Source: Methanocorpusculum sp. (GTDB taxonomy: Archaea; Halobacteriota; Methanomicrobia; Methanomicrobiales; Methanocorpusculaceae). From it: a stretch of DNA of 64,000 bases. The notes beneath the pieces are model-generated. The model did no database searches and was not told the origin of the DNA. It was given only the letters and a program-made list of their open reading frames with translations. Location of the stretch: NCBI GenBank assembly GCA_029986255.1, contig DALTYD010000001.1:23063-87062 (forward strand). Direction: 5' to 3'. Of the stretch, positions 51,589-60,416 are shown one piece after another. Numbering within the stretch: the stretch's first letter is position 1; every line of letters begins with the position of its first letter. Position numbers and translations under genes: made by a program.

Positions 51589-52056
51589 ATGGCAAACGAG
51601 TTTGAACGTGCAGTTGTCATCTGTTTTAATCGATACTTTACTGAACATCGAATGAAAGGTTTTGCATACCGCCTTAAGCAGTCGCACTTCAATACTCAGT
51701 ATGTGGACATCATCGTTGACTCACTCAATCCCGATTTTTATCTCGCTATTGAGTGCAAATCCGTCAAGGGAAATCGTCTTTCCTTTACGAGTAATTTCCA
51801 TAAAGACAAAGACAATGTACATCAGATTGACAATATCTCTGGATTTCTCAACTATACTGGCCGACATGGATTCCTTGCTGTTGAGTTCCGTGGTGGTCAA
51901 AAAAACGAAGCATACCTTATGCCATGGGCGAAGGTCCTTACATTCTTCTTCTCTCAGGCAAGCATCCCGATAGATGAATTTCGCCAATGTATTCCACTGG
52001 AACGAACTCATTATGGATATCATCTTGGTACCTTTTCTCCCTCTCCGTCAGACTAA
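51589..52056 (+). CDS. Hjc-like Holliday junction resolvase (PD-(D/E)xK nuclease)
   Basis: FER, VDIIVD, AIECKS, HQI, FLAVE motifs. Confidence 0.75.
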   Translation: MANEFERAVVICFNRYFTEHRMKGFAYRLKQSHFNTQYVDIIVDSLNPDFYLAIECKSVKGNRLSFTSNFHKDKDNVHQIDNISGFLNYTGRHGFLAVEFRGGQKNEAYLMPWAKVLTFFFSQASIPIDEFRQCIPLERTHYGYHLGTFSPSPSD

Positions 52057-52088
52057 ATACCTGCGAAGACGAATAGATAATTGAATCT

Positions 52089-53204
52089 ATGCAAGGATCA
52101 GACAGATTTTTATCCATAAATGGAGTCTCGGTGAAAACACCGGTAGTACTAGCTTCTATGGCGGGGATCACCAATGCTGAGTATGTCCTTGAGCGTGCAG
52201 CTCATGTGGGAGTTGCCTTTCTCGGTGGATTTTCTCTGGATACTGCCACTCAGAAGGCAACTCGGAAAATGATCAAATCCGGTCGCCCTGAATTTTCTGG
52301 TGGTTTTGCTGAAATTGCAACTGAACTTGCAATGTTGGATGGTAGTGATGTTATCATTGGTTTGAACCTTCGTGGTTCTACCCCCGATGCATATGTTTCT
52401 GCATATCGTGAGTTTGGAAACGGTGTTATCTATGAAATTGACGCTCATTGTCGCCAAGAACCAATGATCAATGCCCATTGTGGTGAATATCTGTTGCACA
52501 ACATTGACTACCTATGTGACATTGTTCATGCTTTGCATGCAGAAGGTGCTTGCATTTCTGTCAAAATTCGTGCAGGTGTAAATGATGATCGTCTTCTCGC
52601 ACAGAAGCTCTGGACAGCAGGTGCTGATATTCTGCACATAGATCTGATGGATCTGGGGTATGCTCGTCTTCGACAAATTCGCAATAGCTGCCCCCTCCCT
52701 CTCATTGCAAATAATGGAATCAATACCACAGATAAGATGATGGATATGTTTTCACATGGTGCCGACATGATCTCTCTTGCTCGTACGGCAAGTGTTTCAA
52801 CTTTACAGTCACTTGATCGCTATATTCGTGCTATAGCTAATGAAAATGGATGGTATAATGCGCCAAAACAACTTTGTCGTGGTGGTGACTTGCGTTCGCT
52901 TACTTTCTGCTGTATGCCAGTTAAACAATGCCCACTATTACCTACATTGGATGCACTAGGACTGAGCAGGCAAGAGTACCTTGCCCTTAAACAGGAATTA
53001 ACGAAAGGGACTGTAATTGCAAAAGGTTGTCATACCTGCTTTGGAAGTCTTGCCTGGTGCTGTAAAGCCTCAACACCCTGCATGTTTCGTGACATGACGC
53101 TTAAATCTCTGTCTCTTGCAAAAAATGAGTATATGGCAATAAAACGCGTGCTTTCTGAAGGAATTATGGAGGAAATTTTTGCTAATGTCCAAATTGATTG
53201 TTGA
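52089..53204 (+). CDS. Dus-like TIM barrel fused to methanogenesis marker 9 domain
   Basis: LASMAGI, DAHCRQ, SVKIR, IANNG; C-terminal LCRGGD.R.L.FCC...K.C...TCFGSLAWCCK...C..RD. Confidence 0.85.
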   Translation: MQGSDRFLSINGVSVKTPVVLASMAGITNAEYVLERAAHVGVAFLGGFSLDTATQKATRKMIKSGRPEFSGGFAEIATELAMLDGSDVIIGLNLRGSTPDAYVSAYREFGNGVIYEIDAHCRQEPMINAHCGEYLLHNIDYLCDIVHALHAEGACISVKIRAGVNDDRLLAQKLWTAGADILHIDLMDLGYARLRQIRNSCPLPLIANNGINTTDKMMDMFSHGADMISLARTASVSTLQSLDRYIRAIANENGWYNAPKQLCRGGDLRSLTFCCMPVKQCPLLPTLDALGLSRQEYLALKQELTKGTVIAKGCHTCFGSLAWCCKASTPCMFRDMTLKSLSLAKNEYMAIKRVLSEGIMEEIFANVQIDC

Positions 53205-54015
53205 GCCTGTCTCTCTTGCGGAGATAGCACAGTTCGCTATGCTCCTTGAGGTTACCGCTAGAGGAAAACCAGGTAATATTGATCGTTGTCATGACTATAC
53301 AAACACTCGACTCGATCATTTTCTTGCCTCCACCGTCCTGGTTAAACCGATTTTTTCTGCTGTTGAAGATCATCGTCTTTCCATAGGGGAAGCTATGCGC
53401 GACGCAGTTGCTCGCACTAACATACATAATGGTGGCAACACCCATTTCGGTGCATTTCTCTTACTCCTTCCTTTACTTGCAGGGAGAGGTATTTATGGTG
53501 CCACAGAATTGGTAAAAAAAACAACCGTGTTTGATGCGCTTCTCTTTTATGAAACGTTTGGGCTCACGCAGGTACGTGTCAAAACAGAGGCTCCCATGGA
53601 TGTTAATGATCCTGCCTCGCTCCAACGTCTGAGAGATGAGCAGATTACTTTGTACAATGTGATGGAGTACTCTGCACCTCACGACATGGTTGCCCGAGAA
53701 TGGATAAATGAATTCGCTTTGACGCGGAGGGCAGCTGATTTGCTACTGGAGCAAAATGGTGGAGTTCATACGATCCCGTCGATGTTTCTTACCCTCATGG
53801 CAGAGTATCCCGACACATTTATTGCAAAAAAGTTTGATGCAGCAACTGCAGAATTGGTGATGTATAAAGCTCGTGATGTTCAGAATGGACAGAATACTCT
53901 CGCTGCTTTTGATTCAGAGTGTATCCAAGCAGGCATTAATCCTGGTTCTCTTGCTGATATTTGTATTGCCGGTATATTTGTTGCACTTTTGGAGGGCTGG
54001 AAATGGGATTGTTAA
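53185..54015 (+). CDS. CitG-family protein (triphosphoribosyl-dephospho-CoA synthase-like)
   Basis: LEV...KPGNIDR, NTHFG..LL.PL, DTFI.KK, NPGSLAD. Confidence 0.88.
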   Translation: MSKLIVEPVSLAEIAQFAMLLEVTARGKPGNIDRCHDYTNTRLDHFLASTVLVKPIFSAVEDHRLSIGEAMRDAVARTNIHNGGNTHFGAFLLLLPLLAGRGIYGATELVKKTTVFDALLFYETFGLTQVRVKTEAPMDVNDPASLQRLRDEQITLYNVMEYSAPHDMVAREWINEFALTRRAADLLLEQNGGVHTIPSMFLTLMAEYPDTFIAKKFDAATAELVMYKARDVQNGQNTLAAFDSECIQAGINPGSLADICIAGIFVALLEGWKWDC

Positions 54016-54563
54016 GGGAGGGAATCACTGAAGTCATTGCGGTCACACATGATAATGCTGCTCCAATGGGTATTATTGTAAAGCCTGGTATGTGCCCAAA
54101 AATGGTTCTTTTCAAGGGTTCTAAAACGGCTTCAAACATCCATGAGTATGGATGGGTTACTGCAAATTTTGTTTCTGATTGTTATCTATATCCTCAGTAT
54201 GCGTTTTCAAACGTTTCACTTAACGATTTGATGGATGTTTTTATTGATGGTATTATGATGCAGCGGCTACTTACTGCAGATGCCTGGATCGCCTTTAGGA
54301 CAACCATTTTGCATGAAACAGAACATACCTATTACACTGATCTTCTTCCTGTTGCATCCGAATATATTCGCAAGAGTTTGTATCCTATCAATCGTGGGTT
54401 CAACAGTGTTATTGATGCAACTGTGCATGCAACGCGGTATGTGCACACCAAAGATGATCTTCGCCACAATCTCATTGAGTACCATCTAGGAATCATTGCT
54501 AAATGTGGAGGTCCTCGCGAACGTGAGGCTGGGCAACTTCTGCGTAAAATTTGTGATCTATAA
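54003..54563 (+). CDS. DUF447 family protein
   Basis: EGITEVI, NAAPMG, F.GS.T, NRG...VIDA.VHATR. Confidence 0.87.
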   Translation: MGLLREGITEVIAVTHDNAAPMGIIVKPGMCPKMVLFKGSKTASNIHEYGWVTANFVSDCYLYPQYAFSNVSLNDLMDVFIDGIMMQRLLTADAWIAFRTTILHETEHTYYTDLLPVASEYIRKSLYPINRGFNSVIDATVHATRYVHTKDDLRHNLIEYHLGIIAKCGGPREREAGQLLRKICDL

Positions 54564-54572
54564 ATTCTTTTA

Positions 54573-55058
54573 TCATATCCTCAAGATCTCGATTTCCATT
54601 GCTAATCGCCATATTCTCTTTTTTGTTCTTCCTGCAAGTTCTGCAATCAACATCATGCGTTCTTCAATGGATATTATTCTAGATCCCTTTACAAGATTAT
54701 CTGCATGCGCTACTATCTTCTCCTCTAGCGTCTTTGGTACACAGTCCTGTGGTATAAGTCCAAGGAGTGTGCATTCATCCACATCTAGACCAGCCCCCGT
54801 GTGTCTAAGCACAATTTGTGCTAGTTCTTCACTCTTCCCCAGAGTGCGACATATGCGTGTTCCTTCCTGGGCATGAGATATATCATGGGTTACAGATCGT
54901 CCGATATCGTGCATCATCGATCCTGCGAAGACAAGGGCATTATTTACTGATTCTCCAGAAAATTGTGAGGCAACATCTGACACAACCTTAGAATGCTGAA
55001 TAACTCCTATATCACATCCAACTGAAAAAAGAATTGGAAAATATTCATTTTTGTGCAT
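54573..55058 (-). CDS. HD-domain (HDIG) metal-dependent phosphohydrolase
   Basis: HS..V, MHDIGR, H...G, RHTGAG, EEKIVAHADN; downstream of TFE. Confidence 0.9.
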   Translation of the reverse strand: MHKNEYFPILFSVGCDIGVIQHSKVVSDVASQFSGESVNNALVFAGSMMHDIGRSVTHDISHAQEGTRICRTLGKSEELAQIVLRHTGAGLDVDECTLLGLIPQDCVPKTLEEKIVAHADNLVKGSRIISIEERMMLIAELAGRTKKRIWRLAMEIEILRI

Positions 55059-55572
55059 TTGAAAGCGTCTCACGCATTTTTTCAACTCGTTTCCTTAGTG
55101 CAGATACCAATAACTCATTATCAAAATGCACCAACATTTCTCCACATTGTTCGCACGCAAAGTTTGTGGTACTGGCATTATTAAATGTTGACATAAATCC
55201 ACAGTTTTTGCATTGGTAAAAATCGTTCATCTCATCATATCGCAGTCTTGCTGACAATTTTTCCACCACTATCTCCATTTCCGTGTTTAGAATGGTATTC
55301 AGGTTGTCCATTCGCATCATCCATAAATACGTCAGCCATCCTGTCTCATTATTTTTAATCCGACGGTACTCCGCTAATCGGTGTTCATAGAGATTATACA
55401 GTGTATGGCGCACGGAGTTTAAGTTGATCTCTGTCTTTGCTGCAATATCTTCATCGCTTAGTTCTGCATTTGGGCAGCGTCTGAGAAGTTCAATCCCTTC
55501 TTTCCCCACGAGTTTTAGAAGATACTGATGTATCGCTGAATTTTGCAGCTGTTCCTCAGTAATCGCTGTCAT
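55045..55572 (-). CDS. tfe: Transcription factor E (TFE alpha)
   Basis: wHTH (SDEDIA..VRHTLY.L..GWLTY.W) plus C..CG/CEQCG Zn ribbon. Confidence 0.95.
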   Translation of the reverse strand: MTAITEEQLQNSAIHQYLLKLVGKEGIELLRRCPNAELSDEDIAAKTEINLNSVRHTLYNLYEHRLAEYRRIKNNETGWLTYLWMMRMDNLNTILNTEMEIVVEKLSARLRYDEMNDFYQCKNCGFMSTFNNASTTNFACEQCGEMLVHFDNELLVSALRKRVEKMRETLSNAQK

Positions 55573-56645
55573 CTCTTTATATGTTGGATGGCGTTGGTAA
55601 TATGTTTATCCAGAGATGTGAATGCTTCACTTCTGGATTTTCCACACCCATAAACAGAAAAAATCACCGTTCCTTCCTCAAATATCGTCCCAGGATGTGG
55701 AATATCTGTGATAAACCTAGCAAAATTTCGCATATCTGCATGCATTACCAGATATTCTGGAGCTACAAGTATCTTTCGCACACAAAACTGTTTTGGTTTT
55801 GGCATCGTGGCAGGCAGTATTCCGTGGCATGCATCCACATGTAGCTGGAATAGATTTATCCCGGTTGCTTTTTCCACAGTCTCTACTGTTCCCTGAAACC
55901 TTGGATTCACTTCTATTGCATAGGCTTCTGTATCTGTCAGGACGAAATCCACACCGATCGAACCAATGCACCCGCTTTCTGCAACAATTTTTTCTGCGAT
56001 TGTTATCATCCGTTGACACATTGGATGAGTGCAGGGTGTGATCGATCCTGAAAACGCAAATGCATATCTATCCCCTCCACGAAGAATTTGTTCATTTGTT
56101 GCAATTGCCTTTGCGGATCTTCCTGTTCCAACACATGATACACTTGCAGAGACTCCTGTGATTATTTCCTGCATTATAAATGGTTCATGATCCACAAACT
56201 TCTCCCAGCATTTCCGCTCGATATCATTTTTCACGATTGCATTCCGCCATCCACCCGCACCCGATAGTGTTTTCATCATTGCTGGATACTCTCCATCCGA
56301 AAGTTTTCGTGGAACCGGTACGCTGAGAGATTCAAAAAATTCCTGTGTTTTCCTCTTGTCCAGAAATTTTTCCGCTGTCTTTGGAGAGGTACCCATTCTG
56401 TTTGGTACATTTAGCAGTTCTGCCCCTGAGGTTGTCACCACGAAGTCTATTTGATGCTGTTCTTGCATTTTCTCAATAGCCAATGGCAAATCATCTAAAT
56501 CACCAAATTTCATCACATTTTTTGTACACCAGAGCAGATCTTGATCACAGAAGTGATCCACTGCATACACATCGTACCCGGCACGTGCAGCTGACTTTGC
56601 CACATGGCGAGTTGTGTATCCTGCAATCAATAATGAGGGAGTCAC
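55569..56645 (-). CDS. ATP-grasp domain protein
   Basis: DHFCDQDL, GAGG, QEII.G...S, GVDF, EVNPRFQG. Confidence 0.87.
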   Translation of the reverse strand: MTPSLLIAGYTTRHVAKSAARAGYDVYAVDHFCDQDLLWCTKNVMKFGDLDDLPLAIEKMQEQHQIDFVVTTSGAELLNVPNRMGTSPKTAEKFLDKRKTQEFFESLSVPVPRKLSDGEYPAMMKTLSGAGGWRNAIVKNDIERKCWEKFVDHEPFIMQEIITGVSASVSCVGTGRSAKAIATNEQILRGGDRYAFAFSGSITPCTHPMCQRMITIAEKIVAESGCIGSIGVDFVLTDTEAYAIEVNPRFQGTVETVEKATGINLFQLHVDACHGILPATMPKPKQFCVRKILVAPEYLVMHADMRNFARFITDIPHPGTIFEEGTVIFSVYGCGKSRSEAFTSLDKHITNAIQHIKR

Positions 56646-56647
56646 GT

Positions 56648-57196
56648 TTATCCACCGTGATCATCTTCATGTTTAATTGTTGTTTTTCCAATTTCGGTTG
56701 GTAAAACTTCCAATTCTGCACCAGGAAACTTTAGCTCTAGTTCAGCACCATGATATAGATGATCTAGAAATAGTGCAAGAGCTGAAATTTCTGAGTGTGG
56801 TTGGTTCGCAACTGCTATATTGTAGTCAGCAATTTCATATATATCTCCTGGCACTTTTTCGGCACCTACGATGACTAGAATTTTTTCCTCGGCTCTGATT
56901 GCTGGAATCATATCTTGTAGTCGCAGGCCGTACATAGTTAGGTGCACGATTTTCCCTCCATTTTTCTTGAACGTGGTGATGCAGTTCCTCCACTTGACAT
57001 TGTTCTCACAGAAATACGTGCCACCGAATCGATGTACAACATCTATGATGCTGTTGACGACCTTCTGATCATCTGCTGCAAGATACATTCCGCTTGCTCC
57101 AAGAGCTCGAGAACTCAGTCCCACATGTGTTGTTATTCGCTGGTCGCGTTCTGGTCGATGACCAATACGTAGAATATATGATTTTGGTTTCAGCAT
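56648..57196 (-). CDS. trm56: tRNA (cytidine(56)-2'-O)-methyltransferase
   Basis: [37 protein letters not shown]. Confidence 0.96.
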   Translation of the reverse strand: MLKPKSYILRIGHRPERDQRITTHVGLSSRALGASGMYLAADDQKVVNSIIDVVHRFGGTYFCENNVKWRNCITTFKKNGGKIVHLTMYGLRLQDMIPAIRAEEKILVIVGAEKVPGDIYEIADYNIAVANQPHSEISALALFLDHLYHGAELELKFPGAELEVLPTEIGKTTIKHEDDHGG

Positions 57197-57510
57197 TGTT
57201 TTTTCGCCTTGATGATTCCATTTTCAATATAGACTGATATATCAGAAGTCTGTCTCATTTCATTCATCATTAAGATGTCGGGTAAGCTCAGGAGATGAAT
57301 AGTCTCGTCTGTCACTGCAATGAGGCAGTAGTTTTCAAGTCGAGATAAAGATGCTTTTATAATGTCTTTGCTCCATCCGGATAATTCTACCAAATCTGCA
57401 ATCGTCATTGGTTTTCTTTCTGTTAGCATGTGGTAGAGTGCCCAATCTGTATCACAGTCCTTTTGATGACTGTTCCCTTCTCTGATTTGTGTCGTACCTC
57501 CATCTTTCAT
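57190..57510 (-). CDS. Winged-helix (MarR-like) protein
   Basis: D..LYH.L..., SL.RLE..CLI, IENGIIK; first gene of the trm56-TFE cluster. Confidence 0.7.
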   Translation of the reverse strand: MKDGGTTQIREGNSHQKDCDTDWALYHMLTERKPMTIADLVELSGWSKDIIKASLSRLENYCLIAVTDETIHLLSLPDILMMNEMRQTSDISVYIENGIIKAKKQC

Positions 57511-57961
57511 CAGATACCATTTGAACGCAGAAGAGAATAAGGTTACATGGTTGTATCTACCTCTGTTTTGAACAGTGCAACAGTTATACGTATGAGATTC
57601 ATTACTGCTCTAAGAACATCTGCTAATTCTCGATATGATTATCCGTTTTCCTATATTATGTCTTCGCATATTTCGAAATGAATAATTTTCTGTTTCAGTT
57701 CCTGAAAGTAGATATTCAGTAACTCTCTCGAAAGCTCGACTTCAACAACTGTTAAATCTCTGTTGATGATATTTTTAAAAATTGGGTAATTTAGGGATTT
57801 TTCTTGATGATTATTATCAATGCTGCAGAAGAAAGTAAGGAACATTTACTTTTATCCTGTAACCCTAGATTTTGTTCGATAACGGAGACTATATCTTGTA
57901 ATAGTGATGAGGTGAGGATGATATCTTAAATTCTATACTATGATTTTAGTTTGACTGCATC

Positions 57962-58672
57962 TCACCGTCCTTTTGTAATCATTTCATAACTGATGGTAGC
58001 TGGCACAATCTTTGGCAATTTTCCCCAGGTTGCAGTCCATTTTCCGATAACTGCATACACCGCATCAACTGCTGTTCCATGAGGTAATACTATTTTCTTG
58101 TCTGTTAATTGGAGTTCATTGCACAGCCTAGTTGCCCAGGCGTCTGCTTTTGTTGGATCTCGAGAAAATACCACGACTGCATCTGCAACCCCTAAAGAAA
58201 TCGATGGTCCTACTGTTGCTGATGAGGTGCACACCGCTCGAATACCTTGTGTTGGGGCTAAAACAAATGCCAACTTCCCAGATACTGGTGCGGTCCCTGC
58301 ATATAGACCAATCCGCACTGATCGATCTACTGCTGTAAACACGATATCTCCTCCATTGTCAATCAATCCAAACGTTGCCCCTGTTGCAGTCATACTTTCT
58401 ACACCAGCCCATGCAATTGCTGCCGCAACTGCTGCCATAGGTCCAACATCTGCTTCTTTTGCTGCTGCAGCCATTCTTTGAACAATTAACGGTGCATTGG
58501 GATCTACTGACACTGGTGAGTAAGATATTCCAAAAAAAGGATCGTTATGAATATAATATTCAAGACTTGCACGACATGCAAGCATACCTTCCTTTGCTGC
58601 TTCAATATGGGTGTAATCATCGGCAATGATTGTTGTAATTGTCTCATCAATCTCGAAATGTTCGCGAATCAT
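57962..58672 (-). CDS. UPF0280 (ApbE-like) protein
   Basis: VGPMAAVA, DNGGDI, CTSSATVGPSISLG.ADA. Confidence 0.9.
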   Translation of the reverse strand: MIREHFEIDETITTIIADDYTHIEAAKEGMLACRASLEYYIHNDPFFGISYSPVSVDPNAPLIVQRMAAAAKEADVGPMAAVAAAIAWAGVESMTATGATFGLIDNGGDIVFTAVDRSVRIGLYAGTAPVSGKLAFVLAPTQGIRAVCTSSATVGPSISLGVADAVVVFSRDPTKADAWATRLCNELQLTDKKIVLPHGTAVDAVYAVIGKWTATWGKLPKIVPATISYEMITKGR

Positions 58673-59103
58673 TCATTTTGATTTGATGCATTCTTTTGAA
58701 AATACATCCTCTCCCTTTGGTTTTTATCTCGTTCATTTGTTGGATAGTTCTACTGCTTGATTCTAGACGTGATCCCCCCTTTTTTTCTGCTTTTCAAGTG
58801 GTTAAAATCTCCATAGATACTGGTTCTTTTTTACTTCCTTCCTTTAGAATTGAGAACTGCTCATGAAATCCACGTTACAATGTGGATGTTAGTTGTGACA
58901 ACATTGTTTTTTGAATTATTCAGAAATCGTTACATTTGTCTATGATACCTGGATTATCTTTGCCAGTTCCAGCTCATAAAAATTTTTCATGAATAAAATT
59001 ATTTATATTATTAATATATTCTGAACAATAATGAATTATATCTATTTGCTCCATCAGATGGATAATATGAATTATTAATTCTGAAGAATCAATAATCTAT
59101 TTA

Positions 59104-59811
59104 ATGTACCTCAGAGAGTTCATCCAAAAACTTGAGTATATTGCTCCTCCTGGTCTTGCGGAAGAATTTGATTCCGATCGCATTGGTTTGGTTTTGGAAG
59201 GAACTGAAAATATTGAAACGATTGCCTGTGCTCTCGATGCGACGCCTCATGTTGTGAAAAAAGCAGCAGATCTCAGGGTTAATGCGCTAGTGGTTCATCA
59301 TCCCCCATTTTGGGAACCTATACACAGAATATGTGGAAAATCTGCGGATATCGCTCGATATCTTCTTGCTCATGATATCAATTTGTATGCTATGCACACA
59401 AATTTTGATCATGCTAATGGTGGTATCAATGACACACTTGCACATATGCTTGGTCTTATTCATTGCGTGAAAGGAACACTTGAGATTGTTGGTACAATGA
59501 CGAGGTCGTTTCCAGAGATTGCAGCGATTTTAGGTTGTGGTCTTCGTGTATGGGGTGACGTGAGTGAGGTAACCCGTCTTGCGGTTGCTGGTGGTTCTGC
59601 TTTTGATTTGGATCTAATTAAAGAGGCAAAAAAAATTGGTGCGGAAGCATATCTTGCCTCAGAACTGAAATATAATATCGCTCTAGAGTCCCCACTACCC
59701 TGTATTGAGGCAACACACTATGCACTAGAAGCACCTGGTATGCGTGCATTGGCCCATCGAGAAGGATGGATATTTATTGAGGATACTCCTAATACCTCCT
59801 TTATCTCATGA
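59104..59811 (+). CDS. Nif3-like dinuclear metal-centre protein
   Basis: ALDAT, VHHP, HTNFD...GGIND, THYALE. Confidence 0.92.
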   Translation: MYLREFIQKLEYIAPPGLAEEFDSDRIGLVLEGTENIETIACALDATPHVVKKAADLRVNALVVHHPPFWEPIHRICGKSADIARYLLAHDINLYAMHTNFDHANGGINDTLAHMLGLIHCVKGTLEIVGTMTRSFPEIAAILGCGLRVWGDVSEVTRLAVAGGSAFDLDLIKEAKKIGAEAYLASELKYNIALESPLPCIEATHYALEAPGMRALAHREGWIFIEDTPNTSFIS

Positions 59812-60143
59812 TCCATCCCTGGACCATTCTGAAAAAGGAACGAACTCTGAATGAGACGGTGTGGCAAGCATTTGTACATACCTATGGGAAACGTGGAAGT
59901 GAGGCGATTAACGCTGTCCGTAATCATCGTGTGAAAAAATATCGGGATTATTTTGTGGTTGTTGGAAATTCTGGAGAGTATTATGTGGAAGGTGATTTTT
60001 GTAGCTGTGAGGCGAATCTGTATGGCAAATCTTGTTGGCACAGACTTGCTGTGCAGATTGCTTATGAGCTTGAGGAATACGAGACATATGATCTCTGGTA
60101 TTATAAGGATGGGCTGGATGAGGATGATCCTGAGTCTGAATAG
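59808..60143 (+). CDS. SWIM zinc-finger protein
   Basis: FCSC......CWH motif; ATGA overlap with nif3. Confidence 0.85.
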   Translation: MIHPWTILKKERTLNETVWQAFVHTYGKRGSEAINAVRNHRVKKYRDYFVVVGNSGEYYVEGDFCSCEANLYGKSCWHRLAVQIAYELEEYETYDLWYYKDGLDEDDPESE

Positions 60144-60416
60144 CCTTATTCTGGTTTTTCCTTGCGAGTATAGCAAAATATAGTGTGTAGTTGTGGGTAT
60201 TTAATTTAGTAAGTTCCATTTTGTCTGTTCTCCTCTTTTATCTTCATCGTGCTCTCTATCAATAAATACTCAATCGTTGTATAAATCTAATTTTCTAAGA
60301 ATTGTTTAGACTTATGTGTTCTCATCTCCGTTTTGGAGTATGTTTCTGAATATTTTAACGGAAAATGTGTTTGAGATTGATGAAAAAAATTTCAATTTTA
60401 TCGGTCTGTTCATTGT

